This document shows, piece after piece, positions 36,601 through 47,336 of a DNA stretch of 64,000 nucleotides. Under the pieces are notes generated by a model. It ran no database searches. It saw nothing but the letters and a program-made list of their open reading frames with translations, and was not told the origin of the DNA. Position numbers and translations under genes: made by a program. Positions within the stretch are counted from its first letter, which is position 1. Each line of letters opens with the position of its first letter. This DNA is from Phyllobates terribilis. Lineage: Eukaryota. The stretch covers positions 452,538,001-452,602,000 of the forward strand of contig NW_027362764.1 in assembly GCF_046119375.1 (NCBI RefSeq). The letters run 5' to 3'.

Positions 36601-38398
36601 TCCTCCACCTGCACCCAAAGCCTGTCTGGTAATGCCACCTGCTTTCTAACTGCGCAGAAGGAATCCTGCACACCTCCTTACTTTGCTGGCAGCAGGGCTC
36701 AAAGCATCAGTGTTTACTTTGAAATGTCTGGGAAATGTGAGTCACACAGCTGAGGAGTTTTGGTCAGCTCTGGAGACCCAGTTTCATGAAAGGTTGTCTC
36801 CACTGGACCTGCAACCAGGGAAGGCCATGTGCGACAATGCTGCAAACCTGGGTGCGGCACTTCGCTGGGGCAATGTCACACACGTGCCTTGTATGGCTCA
36901 CGTGTTGAACCTGGTTGTCCAGCAATTTTTAGCCCACTATCCCGGACTAGATGGCCTTCTGCAGAGTGCACGGTCGCTGTGTGCTCACTTCCGCCGTTCG
37001 CATCCCGCAGTTCAACGACTTACATCTCTACAGAAGTCGTTGGGCCTGCCAGTTCACCGGCTGAAATGCGATGTGCCGACACGGTGGAATTCAACTCTGC
37101 ACATGTTGCAGCGACTGTGGCAGCACCGACAAGCCCTGGTGCAATGCGTTCTGACGTATAGCCTGGGCCAACGAGATCCAGAGGTGGGGCAAATCACGCT
37201 GGAGGAGTGGTCTCAGATCAGGGACCTATGCACCCTTCTGCACAGTCTTGAAATGGCGACGAAGATGTTTAGTGCTGACGATGCCATTATCAGCATGACT
37301 ATTATGGTGATTTACATGCTGGAGCACATGTTAAACAGAATTCGGAGTCAGGTGGTGGGACAAGAGGAGGTGGAGGAAGTAGAGGAGGAGTCGTATGCGG
37401 AAGGGATAACATCTCCAAGGTCCAGACGGTTGGCAGCACCAAGGCGGCAGGCATGGGAGGGTGGGGGAGAGGGATTAACCAGGGCGCATGGTAGCAGCCA
37501 AACTGTTGAGGAAGGTGCAGGAGCCGAGGAAGAAGTGGAGGACGAACTGGCAATGGGCATGGAAGACTCATCAGATGAGGGAGACCTTGATCACATTTCT
37601 GTTGTGCGAGGTTGGAGGGAGAGGGCAGAGGAAGGAAGCATGATTCTTACCTCGCTACCAACACAACAAGGACTTGGTCCTTCTGGATGCGCAAGACACA
37701 TGAGTGCCTTCTTGCTGCACTACCTGCAACATGACCCCCGGATTGTCAGAATTCGAAGTAATCCCGACTACTGGGTTGCCACACTCTTAGATCCCCGGTA
37801 CAAAAGTATATTTGCCGAAATAATTCCTGCCATAAAAAGGTATTGACGAATGCAGGAGTATCTGTTGCAGAATCTTACATGTGCTTTTCCACAAAACACC
37901 AGTGGTGCACGTAGTGAATCTCACAGTTCTAACTTGCCAACGGTGGGACTGTCGAGTCTTCATCACTCAAACAGTAACAGTAACACAGTATCTGCTGGTA
38001 ACAGCAATTTTGTGGAATCGTTTCACCACTTTTTTAGACCATCCTTTGCAAGGCCACAGGAGACAAGAAGTCTGACACATAGTCAATGCCTAGAGAGGAT
38101 GGTACAGGAGAATCTCCAAGTGAACATCGAAGCCATGACTGTGTCACTGGACCCTTGCTCATTTTGGTATTCCAATCTTGAAAAATCGCCGGAGCTCGCC
38201 ACTCACGCCTTGGAGATCTTGTCATGACATGCAGCCAGCGTTCTCTCTGAACGTGTGTTCAGCGCTGCTGGTGGTTTGCTGACAGATAAGCGCACGCGGC
38301 TGTCCACTGAGAATGTAGACAGACTCACGTTCATAAAGATGATCAAATCATGGATTCGCAAGGACATTTCTACCCCTGTGTCATCCTTGGGAGACTAA
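33690..38398 (+). pseudogene. hAT transposase pseudogene
   Basis: BED finger AWAF...VICNICQQKLS; FTTDTWT; CDNAAN; CMAHVLNL; CDVPTRWNST; SERVFSAAG...TDKRTRLS. Has stops, frameshifts and an LTR insertion; the start position is approximate. Confidence 0.92.
34347..35491 (-). mobile_element. Solo LTR (probably Gypsy-type) inside the hAT transposase
   Basis: TG...CA termini with an inverted TGTGA motif; GATG duplicated (34343-46 and 35492-95); removal restores EED-AINDEVRLRLPQ. Confidence 0.75.
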
Positions 38399-39257
38399 AA
38401 GCTTGGGGATTTGGTAAAATCACCTCACCAACCGTTTTAGGCAACAGTGGAGCAATTGATGCCAATTAACGCTAGAACGCATGACCATAAAAATCTACAC
38501 TTTCACATACCTGGGGCCCTTTAGGCCCGTGTGCAAATAACATGTAAAAACTCAAACTCAAATGACAAACAACTATATACATGAAGAATACCTAGAGTTT
38601 CAAAATTCTAACTAAAGCAATCTTGCAGAAAATAGAAAACAATTAACTGGGTGGGCCTGCAAGGCCACAGGTATGCGTTCTAGGGTTAAGTGGTGTCTGT
38701 GCCACAATTTTGGGAGTCCCCTTGCTGTGTCTTACGTGACGTTGGCATCGTCAATTCCAGGTGGGTTGGGTCGCACCCCCCCCTTTTAACTGTAAGAAAC
38801 TACATACACTATGGCTTGGGGTAACACAGATGGTTGAGTCTGAAGAGCTGTTTACTCAGAGGTCTGCTCCAAATCTTCAGTGTCTGCTAGTCAGCGTAGA
38901 ATTTTTAACTGCATCTAGCCTAGGCAATACTTTGGGCGTAGTAGCCCAGCTGCGAAGCAAGCTGCACCGCCTGTGTATCTAATAAGAATTTTTAAATTAA
39001 TCTAGCCTAGGCAGACTGTGGGGACCCCCAACCAAACCCAGATGCTCAGTCCCCCTACCGCCCCCCTTTCATGGACAACCCAATAATGTAACTCTTACAA
39101 CTGGATGGGTGAGGATCGGTCACAGCTTTATTAACTCTTTATACTCATTCCATTAGAAAGGCATTTTATTTCTAAAATAATTCAGCTTGTTGCAGCATTC
39201 CCTGGGTCCCCACTCCGGCAAGTTGGCCAACAAGTGTAACTCTCCAACATGTCCTTT

Positions 39258-39886
39258 CTATTTCCAGGCCACGGAGGATCCAGTGTACTCGTATGCAGGA
39301 CTCTGACCCCCACCCATCACTCTTAACGCTTGTTCCACTCCGTCCTGGAGTCCTGACAGGAATATGTCCAGTCCAATATCTATTAAGTGAACACCGTCGG
39401 GCCGTATGAGGCCTGCTTTATCTCCTTCCAGTTGTCGGTGTCGTATCACTACACCGCCTCTGTCTCTTCTAAATTTTTCCATCCGAATATTTATTACCCG
39501 CCTTGTCCATTCGATGGCCGTGATGTCTCGCGCACCTTGCCATACCGCTATCGGCACAATCTCTGACCATACTATAGCTAATTTTGTGAAAAATTCTCTG
39601 AAGCGCTCAGTGTCTAGTTTCATTATTGCCATTAGTTATGCGCTCTTGTGATGACCTAGGTTGTTTCCCCCGGCCTGTATAACTAAGATGACCGGACCTC
39701 TTGCCTCTCTCCCTACCTTGATTACCTCCATTAGTACCTGTGGCCATAGCAGGCCTCTAATACCTCTCCAGTTGAAATATGTGTTATGAAACTCTAATTT
39801 CCTCCCACCTGGGCGGACTTTCGCCCTTTTTTGTGCCCAATATATATACGAGTGGCCTATCACTCACACTGTTGGCTTAGCGTCAC
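39258..39886 (-). pseudogene. SGNH/GDSL hydrolase domain of the Ngaro-like element
   Basis: VIGHSYIYWA (block I), QAGGN (block III), PDGVHL (block V); internal stops. Confidence 0.85.
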
Positions 39887-39904
39887 CTGTAAAAGAAACA
39901 AACC

Positions 39905-40795
39905 ACGTTAGGATAACAAGTCCGGTCTTATGTATCTCGCCAAACACGTGGATCGCCATCTCCCTATCCTCTGAACTTCCGTTTCTGACAGTCCTGCTCT
40001 TGCTGCTTCCGTGGCCGCACCTATGCGGAATGAGTGTGTCCCGTAATCTTTGGGGTGGTTCCCTGCCGATGTTATGCATTTATTATATATAGCTTGGAAC
40101 AGGTATCTTGATAATGGCGTTCCATCAATGTGTGATACGAAGAAATTACTTTGTGATCTGATGGTTAGATATGTTTTTACTATTGTTACCCGACTCAGTG
40201 TACCGTTTGTGGGTTGTAGAAGTACCCAAGTACCCCTGCCCGCTGGAACCGTTTTCGATTGGTGTATGCGTACACGTATTGCATTATTGGCTATGACTAC
40301 TTACTGGTGTAATAAGCGTCCACTGGTGGTAATTTTGGATTGAGGGACTAATTCGCTTATACATAGCGCCCCGAAGAAGGCGATCACAAATGCAGTAGAC
40401 ATTAGTGTTGCTTCAAATTGTGAGTGTCATGTTAATGGTGTTAGGGATAAGATATGAGAAATCAGTTTTAGTGACACGGGACGGGACGTCTACATTCCTG
40501 ACTTGGCTGACCCCTTTTCCACCCTTTTATGGATTGTCTGATGATGAATCTTTGTCACATCTCCCCAATTCAGTAGTTGGAAGTGAAATGCTACTCCGGT
40601 CAGACACCGCTGCGCTGACGCCCCTGATATGCCCCTCATCATTAGCTGGTGGAGAAATTCTATGGTGAATTGTGATCTGGCTTGTTCACATTGGTCAACC
40701 CGTCTGCCTGCTACTAGTCGTGTCCACTCTTCCCATGCCTTACCGTATGCTTGCCACGTTGACGGGGCAACTGACGCTCTGATTAATGGCATCAA
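39905..40795 (-). pseudogene. Tyrosine recombinase of the Ngaro-like element
   Basis: RASVAPSTWQAYGKAW; HSFRIGAA; GRWRS...Y; frameshifted. Confidence 0.87.
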
Positions 40796-41124
40796 CTATT
40801 CGCCACTAGATCCCATAGGGAGGGTGGGCAACTGTTGCCAGATGGGTGGGCGTTGTGGAAGAGCTCTGTGAAAATCTGCCAATTGAATTGTTATAAAGCG
40901 TTAGCGGGCAGCTTTATACCCCTCAGCATAGTGGCTAGCGCGGACCCATACATTGTGTTTTAGGCACAGGAATACTAGCCTGCGTAGTAGGCCTAGCACT
41001 GGGAGAGACGATGATGCCATCTTATTAATGCAGTGCGCTAGGCTGGTGTTTTGTGTTATGAAGCGTATATTTTTGTTAGCCAGGCGCGCGTCCCATATTT
41101 CTATTGCTACCACTATTGGGAAAA

Positions 41125-43170
41125 ATTATTTTCAGGGCTAGATGCAGCTAAAAATTATTATTAATTTCAAAGCTGGTGGAGCTTGGCATAGATGGCCTAA
41201 TACAATGAGTCCCACACACTGCTAGAAGCCCAAATATTTTTTCAGAGGTAGATGCAGATAAAAATTATTTTTAATTTGCAACCTGATGGAGGTCAGTATA
41301 GATGGACTAATAGAGAAAGTCCCACACACTGCTAGAAGGCCAAATATTTTTTCAGAGCTAGATGCAGATAAAAATTATTTTTCATTTGCAACCTGATGGA
41401 GGTCAGTATAGATGGACTAATACAACAAGTCCCACACACAGCTAGAAGGCCAATATTTTTTCAGAGCTAGATGCAGACAAAAAATTATTTTGAATTTGCA
41501 ACCTGATGGAGGTCAGTATAGATGGACTAATAGAGAAAGTCCCACACACTGCTAGAAGGCCCAATATTTTTTCAGGGGTAGATGCAGAAAAAAATATATT
41601 CAGTTTGCAATCTGATGGAGGTCAGTATAGATGGACTAATACAACAAGTCCCACACACAGCTAGAAGCCCAATATTTTTTCACAGGTAGATGCAGAAAAA
41701 AATATATTCAGTTTGCAACCTGATGGAGGTCTGTATAGATGGATTAATAGAACAAGTCCCACACACAGCTAGAAGCCCAATATTTTTTCAGAGGTAGATG
41801 CAGAAAAAAATATATTCAGTTTGCAACCTGATGGAGGTCTGTATAGATGGATTAATAGAACAAGTCCCACACACAGCTAGAAGCCCAATATTTTTTCAGT
41901 TGTAGGTGCAGAATAAAATATATTCAGTTTGCAACCTGATGGAGGTCTGTATAGATGGATTAATAGAACAAGTCCCACACACAGCTAGAAGCCCAATATT
42001 TTTTCAGAGGTAGATGCAGAAAAAAATATATTCAGTTTGCAACCTGATGGAGGTCAGTATAGATGGACTAATACAACAAGTCCCACACACAGCTAGAAGC
42101 CCAATATTTTTTCAGAGCTAGATGCAGACAAAAAATTATATTCAATTTGCAACCTGATGGAGGTCAGTATAGATGGACTAATAGAGAAAGTTCCACACAC
42201 TGCTAGAAGGCCACATATTTTTTCAGAGGTAGATGCAGAAAAAAATATATTCAGTTTGCAACCTGATGGAGGTCTGTATAGATGGATTAATAGAACAAGT
42301 CCCACACACAGCTAGAAGCCCAATATTTTTTCAGAGGTAGATGCAGAAAAAAATATATTCAGTTTGCAACCTGATGGAGGTCAGTATAGATGGACTAATA
42401 CAACAAGTCCCACACACAGCTAGAAGCCCAATCTTTTTTCAGAGGTAGATGCAGAAAAAAATATATTCAGTTTGCAACCTGATGGAGGTCTGTATAGATG
42501 GATTAATAGAACAAGTCCCACACACAGCTAGAAGCCCAAATATTTTTTCAGAGGTAGATGCAGATAAAAATTATTTTTAATTTGCAACCTGATGGAGGTC
42601 AGTATAGATGGACTAATAGAGAAAGTCCCACACACTGCTAGAAGGCCAAATATTTTTTCAGAGCTAGATGCAGATAAAAATTATATTCAATTTGCAACCT
42701 GATGGAGGTCAGTATAGATGGACTAATAGAACAAGTCCCACACACAGCTAGAAGCCCAAATATTTTTTCAGAGGTACTGTAGATGCAGATAAAAATTATT
42801 TTTAATTTGCAACCTGATGGAGGTCAGTATAGATGGACTAATACAAGTCCCACACACAGCTAGAAGCCTAATATTTTTTCAGAGGTAGATGCAGAAAAAA
42901 ATATATTCAGTTTGCAACCTGATGGAGGTCTGTATAGATGGATTAGTAGAACAAGTCCCACACACAGCTAAAAGCCCAATATTTTTTCAGAGGTAGATGC
43001 AGAAAAAAATATATTCAGTTTGCAACCTGATGGAGGTCAGTATAGATGGACTAATACAACAAGTCCCACACACAGCTAGAAGCCCAATATTTTTTCAGAG
43101 CTAGATGCAGAAAAAAATTATATTCAATTTGCAACCTGATGGAGGTCAGTATAGATGGACTAATAGAATG
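41125..43170 (-). repeat. 110/111-bp satellite array, about 18 monomers, inside hAT copy 1
   Basis: Tandem GCTAGATGCAG...TTGCAACCTGATGGAGGTCAGTATAGATGGACTAATAG...CCCACACAC units; reverse complement of the array at 57350 onward. Confidence 0.97.
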
Positions 43171-44093
43171 ATGCTATGCCCAAAAGATTTTACTTCACTA
43201 GGTGCAGTAAAAAAATTCGTATTCTATACACAGTTGGTATATCTTGCAACACAGATAGGCTACTCCACTGACTAACACACTCTGCAATAGGCCAAAAAGG
43301 ATTAGCTTTGCTAGATTCAGCCAAATGCTGTGAAAAAAACTTGCACAGCACTGGCACAGACCTGCCTGGAAAAAACTGATAGGAACTGATGTAACCTAGT
43401 CCTGAAAAGGACTCCAATTACAATTAGTCTTTACTCCCACAACCTATCTATTTAAGAGCACAGACCTGCCTGATAAAAGTCATAGGAAATGCTGTAACCT
43501 AGTCCTTAAAAGGACTGCAATCACAACTATTCCCTACTCCCAAGCTATCTGTAGATTTGTGCGAAAATTGGCTTGAAATTAACAAGGTATAGTGCACACA
43601 GCAACAGCGGTGCCGTTTAACACGCAGCTGCAGCAGTGAGAAAATGGTGGCGACGGGGAAAATGGCTTGGTCTTATAGTGCAAGGACATGTGACATACAC
43701 TGCCAATGACACATGCCCTTGCTTGTGTGAAAAAAAGCACTTCGCTCCGTGTGTGCGCTGCTGATAGGCTGACAGATTGCACCTCCCCACTGTAAATGCG
43801 GGAAAGAGAAAAAAAAAATGGAGATCTTCATTGTTCCTGCAGAGATTCATCCCCTGCCCCTCCCCCCACCCCGCTGTACACTCAAACTGCGTATTAACAT
43901 TAATTTTCATCATTACTGAGAAAAAATCCAGTTATGATTTTGGTGCACGAACCGTTATCGAACATAACCTCGAACAGCCGAATTTTTCTCAAATTGTTCG
44001 TGTTCGCCGAACGGCTCGAACACCGCCCAAAACAGCTCGAATTTGAGATTGGCGAACAGTTCGAGTAGAACAACGCTCATCTCTAGTAATGAA

Positions 44094-45943
44094 CTTACTT
44101 TGTTCTTGGGGTATATTTTGATTAAGGAAATGGAGGGCAGCTTCACAACCTTTTGTGTGTTGGATATTTGTGTATAGGGATGTTATGTCCATTGTTCCCA
44201 TGATATAGTGGTTCTTCCACGGAATATTATTCAGTAACTGGATAGTGTGTTTGCTATCTTTCAGGTGGGAAGGAAGGTTTGGGACTAGGTCCTGTAGGTG
44301 GTGGTCTACCAGCCTAGAGAGGTTAGCTGTCAGGCATTGTATGCCAGAGATGACTGGTCTCCCTGGTGGGTTATTTTGGTCCTTATGTATTTTGGGTAGG
44401 TGGTAGAAGGCGGCTAGTGTGGGATATTGGATGTTGACATAGTCATATTCGTTTTTGTTAAGGTAACCCTCCTGAAGTCCTTTCTTAGTTAATGTACGTA
44501 GTTCTTCTTGGTAGATGTTCGTTGGATCGGAAGGGATGGTTTGGTAAGTTCTAGAGTCGCCCAGGAGTCTCAATGACTCTTTGTGATAATAGTCTCGATA
44601 GAGGATGACTATACCTCCCCCTTTGTCTGCTGTCCTGATTATTATATTTTTGTTTGTTTGTAATTGTTTCATGGCATTGGTTTCTGATTTTGTGAGGTTA
44701 TTCCTAAATTTTCGGCATTTTTTATTATTTAGACTATGGATGTCATCCGTAACATTTTTTTCAAAGGTGTTGAAGGCCTCTGAGTACTCTTGGAGAGGAT
44801 GAAACATAGATTTATTCTTTCGGTCAGTGTGTGTATATTTAGGTTGGTCTGTTTGGTCTGATATTTTTGTATTGCCTTCTTTCTTGGTGTAGCATTTTTT
44901 TAAAGCCAGTTGGCGCATGAATTTTTGGATACCTATATATGTTTGGAATTTATCCAGTTGTGTCGAGGGAGCATATTTGAGGCCTTTATTCAGTATGGCA
45001 GTTTCATTCTTAGATAATTGGTGTCTACTGAGGTTGAAGATAGATTTTTGGCTGTTTATTTCCTTTGGTTTGCTTTTTTTCTTTTGGGCGAGTTTCCCTC
45101 CCCTAGTGCCTCTTTTACATTTTTTCTTTTGGCCATTTGAAAAAAATCAACATTGCTGGTATGTTTTCGTATTAGTGGGCGCGAGGTAGTGGCTAGAACA
45201 GGGGTTGTTGGTAGTAGGTGGGGGGTGTTTTGGTTTGAGGAGATGGCCTCCTTATTAGGAGTGGTGTGGTTGGTGAGTTATCTGTTTCTTCAGTGGTGGT
45301 TATAAGGGGTAGGAACCTATTCTGTGTGTGGATTGGGGTATCGTGGTCATTTTGTGTTGGGTTGTGTTGTCTTGGGTCTGGTTCGTTTTGGGTTGGGGGG
45401 GATTCAGTGTTGGACGTTGGGTAAATAGAGATGTTGTCGATAGAGGTAATAGAGTTGGTTGGACTTCCGACTACTTCATCCAGGGTCTCAAAGAAGTTTA
45501 ATTGATCCTTCCCCGGTCATTGGTCCGGAAGGGGTACTGCATCTCTGCCAAATTTCGCTCTTTTTCTTTTACTATTTCTGTTTCTTTTTTGGTTGATCCT
45601 GTTCTAGATGCTATTTGTCATGCTCAGGATTTCAGGGTAGTTTTTGTATGGTTTGATTTCATTGAACAGTGCGTTGATTTGCTTTTGTTTTCAGTAGTTG
45701 CTTTTTCCTTTTGCTTATTATGAACTGGACGGTTTGTTTAGAGAATTCATTGAACATAGAGTTCCATTCCTCCAGGGTGGTTGGATCCCCTATGTCTCCT
45801 GATAGTGCCTTAGTCACTACCAAGCCAGATGGTACGATATTAAAGACTAGGTAGTGTTCGAGGGTGGCAACTTCACATAGGTCTCTCATTTCTTTTAGTA
45901 ATAATTGTTCGAGGGTTCTTAGTGAGTCTTTTATTGTTTTCAT
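44094..45943 (-). pseudogene. Penelope ORF, N-terminal half (N-terminal domain plus RT motifs up to SKFIT)
   Basis: TLEHYLVFNIVPSGL; IIRTADKGGGIVI; YHLPKIHK..PPGRPVISG; MDITSLYTNI. Confidence 0.9.
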
Positions 45944-46786
45944 GATTTCAAACTAATACACCTCATATTTCTCCTACTAGGTATACGAACCTCTGTCCCC
46001 CAAACCATCAACTCCATTCGAGTACTTCAAGACCCTGAGGAACTAGAAAGCACATATTTATTTATCTATTTATTTATCTACCAATTTTAATACTTAATTT
46101 TATCTAATTTTATCTATGTATCCAATCCCGTGATATCACTATATATCACTGTTTTAGACTACTCCCAAAATAATATTTTAAGTACTCCACTTGTCTGTAT
46201 CAATAAAAGTTTTTCTTTTTAACAAAAACCTCTCCTGCTTTCTCTCTTCTCACTACCACTAGCGCGAATTTATACTTTTTAACCATAGTTTAACACAATT
46301 CGGACACCCTTGGTTCCCTGTCCACCAATTAGCTGCCATTGCTAGTGACTAGCCTTACAGCACCTCCTTCACCCAATACCATTAAGAGGACAGTTTACTA
46401 CAATGAAATCTACAGCTTATGTTTCAGTTACTTGACAATTATTTTTCTTTCTATAATATAATCTTTGCTATCCTCAAGGCCAGATAGAATCAACATGAAG
46501 ATAACTTTGATGCATACAGATATTCACCTTTACCTTCCTATCAATTTCATTAAAAACTCCATTTTCTCAACATGCAAATACAATATCGCAATATATTAGC
46601 AAGAGCCCAATAGCCTGTAATATACATCACAAACAATGAGAGCCCATATATACACAGATGTGTCCTTTCTTACATTTTCTCTTCTTTGACATATCTGTAA
46701 AAGATATAGCGAATGATGGTCAGCTTAAAAAAATGGGAAAAAAAAGTTTATCATTGTTCTGTTTGCAGATGTTTAAAATACATTAA

Positions 46787-47177
46787 AGGGAACCTGTCAG
46801 AAGGTTTTTGTTATGTAATCTAAGAGAATCATGAAGGAGGGGAAGAGACCCAGATACAAGTGATGTGTCACTTACTGGGCTGTGTTTTGCTGTTTCAATG
46901 CAATCAGTGCTTTATCTTTATCACTACACTGCCTTGTGCCTTGTAGTCCAACCCTGCCCACAGCAATGATTAGCAGCTCTCTGTTACTATACAACATAAA
47001 CAAATTTATACACAGCTCAACAATTGAGATCTGATAGATCTGCAGTAGAGAAAACTGTGACCCTATCATAATTGCTGCACCCAGCAAAGTAAGTGAAACA
47101 TTACTGGAATCAGTGTCTATATTCCTACCTCATACTGCTGTCAGAATACATAGCAAGAACCTGATGACAAATTCCAT
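46787..47177. mobile_element. T2-type (Kolobok) MITE, degenerate
   Basis: TTAA flanks; termini AGGGAACCTGTCA and TGACAAATTCCAT. Confidence 0.7.
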
Positions 47178-47336
47178 TTAAATAAACAAAGCTTTGGTTC
47201 AGTCCAGTTCTTTTTATTCTTAATTAAGCAATTGAATAAAATTAACTAGGTGCTAGTACAAAAATGGTTGACAATAATCACTTCACACCACAAGTATGAA
47301 AATACAAATAAGACTGTTTTTTTAATTTACCATGTA

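Larger units (their letters stand above)
39015..41118 (-). mobile_element. 5'-truncated Ngaro/DIRS-like tyrosine-recombinase retroelement fragment (RNase H C-terminus, YR, SGNH hydrolase, 3' end)
   Basis: FPIVVAIEIW...LVFLCLKHNVWVRASH; YGTHSFRIGAAT...GRWRS...YIR; GHS/GGN/DGVH; AATAAAGCTGTGACC 3' motif. Confidence 0.88.
33186..44085 (+). mobile_element. Composite 10.9-kb hAT (Ac-type) transposon, family 1, copy 1
   Basis: TIRs TAGTGTTGAGC and GCTCATCTCTA (9/11 match); 8-bp TSD GTAATGAA (33178-33185 and 44086-44093); subterminal TTCG/CGAA repeats at both ends. Confidence 0.95.
30121..46383 (-). mobile_element. Penelope-like retroelement (~5.4 kb without its insert) split by a 10.9-kb hAT
   Basis: 14-bp TSD AAGAGGACAGTTTA (30107-30120 and 46384-46397); inverted copy of its end (30121-30445 vs 45947-46272); RT halves join across the hAT TSD. 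Confidence 0.92.

Noticed and set aside
36683-37846. 387-aa ORF as a domesticated ZBED-type host gene
   Set aside because: It is flanked by stops and frameshifts in the same transposase and lies within TIRs and a TSD, so it is a transposon pseudogene.
39258-40795. Active recombinase/hydrolase cargo giving the hAT a new function
   Set aside because: Both copies share an SGNH stop, and the YR is frameshifted in copy 1 and deleted in copy 2, so the cargo appears passive.
41125-43170. Regular repeats resembling a CRISPR array
   Set aside because: No unique spacers, the whole monomer is repeated, there are no cas genes, and the context is eukaryotic.
43989-44918. 309-aa ORF as a complete protein
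   Set aside because: It is chimeric: PLE RT read-through into the hAT TIR after SKFIT. The N-terminus of the 32583-33275 ORF is likewise hAT sequence.
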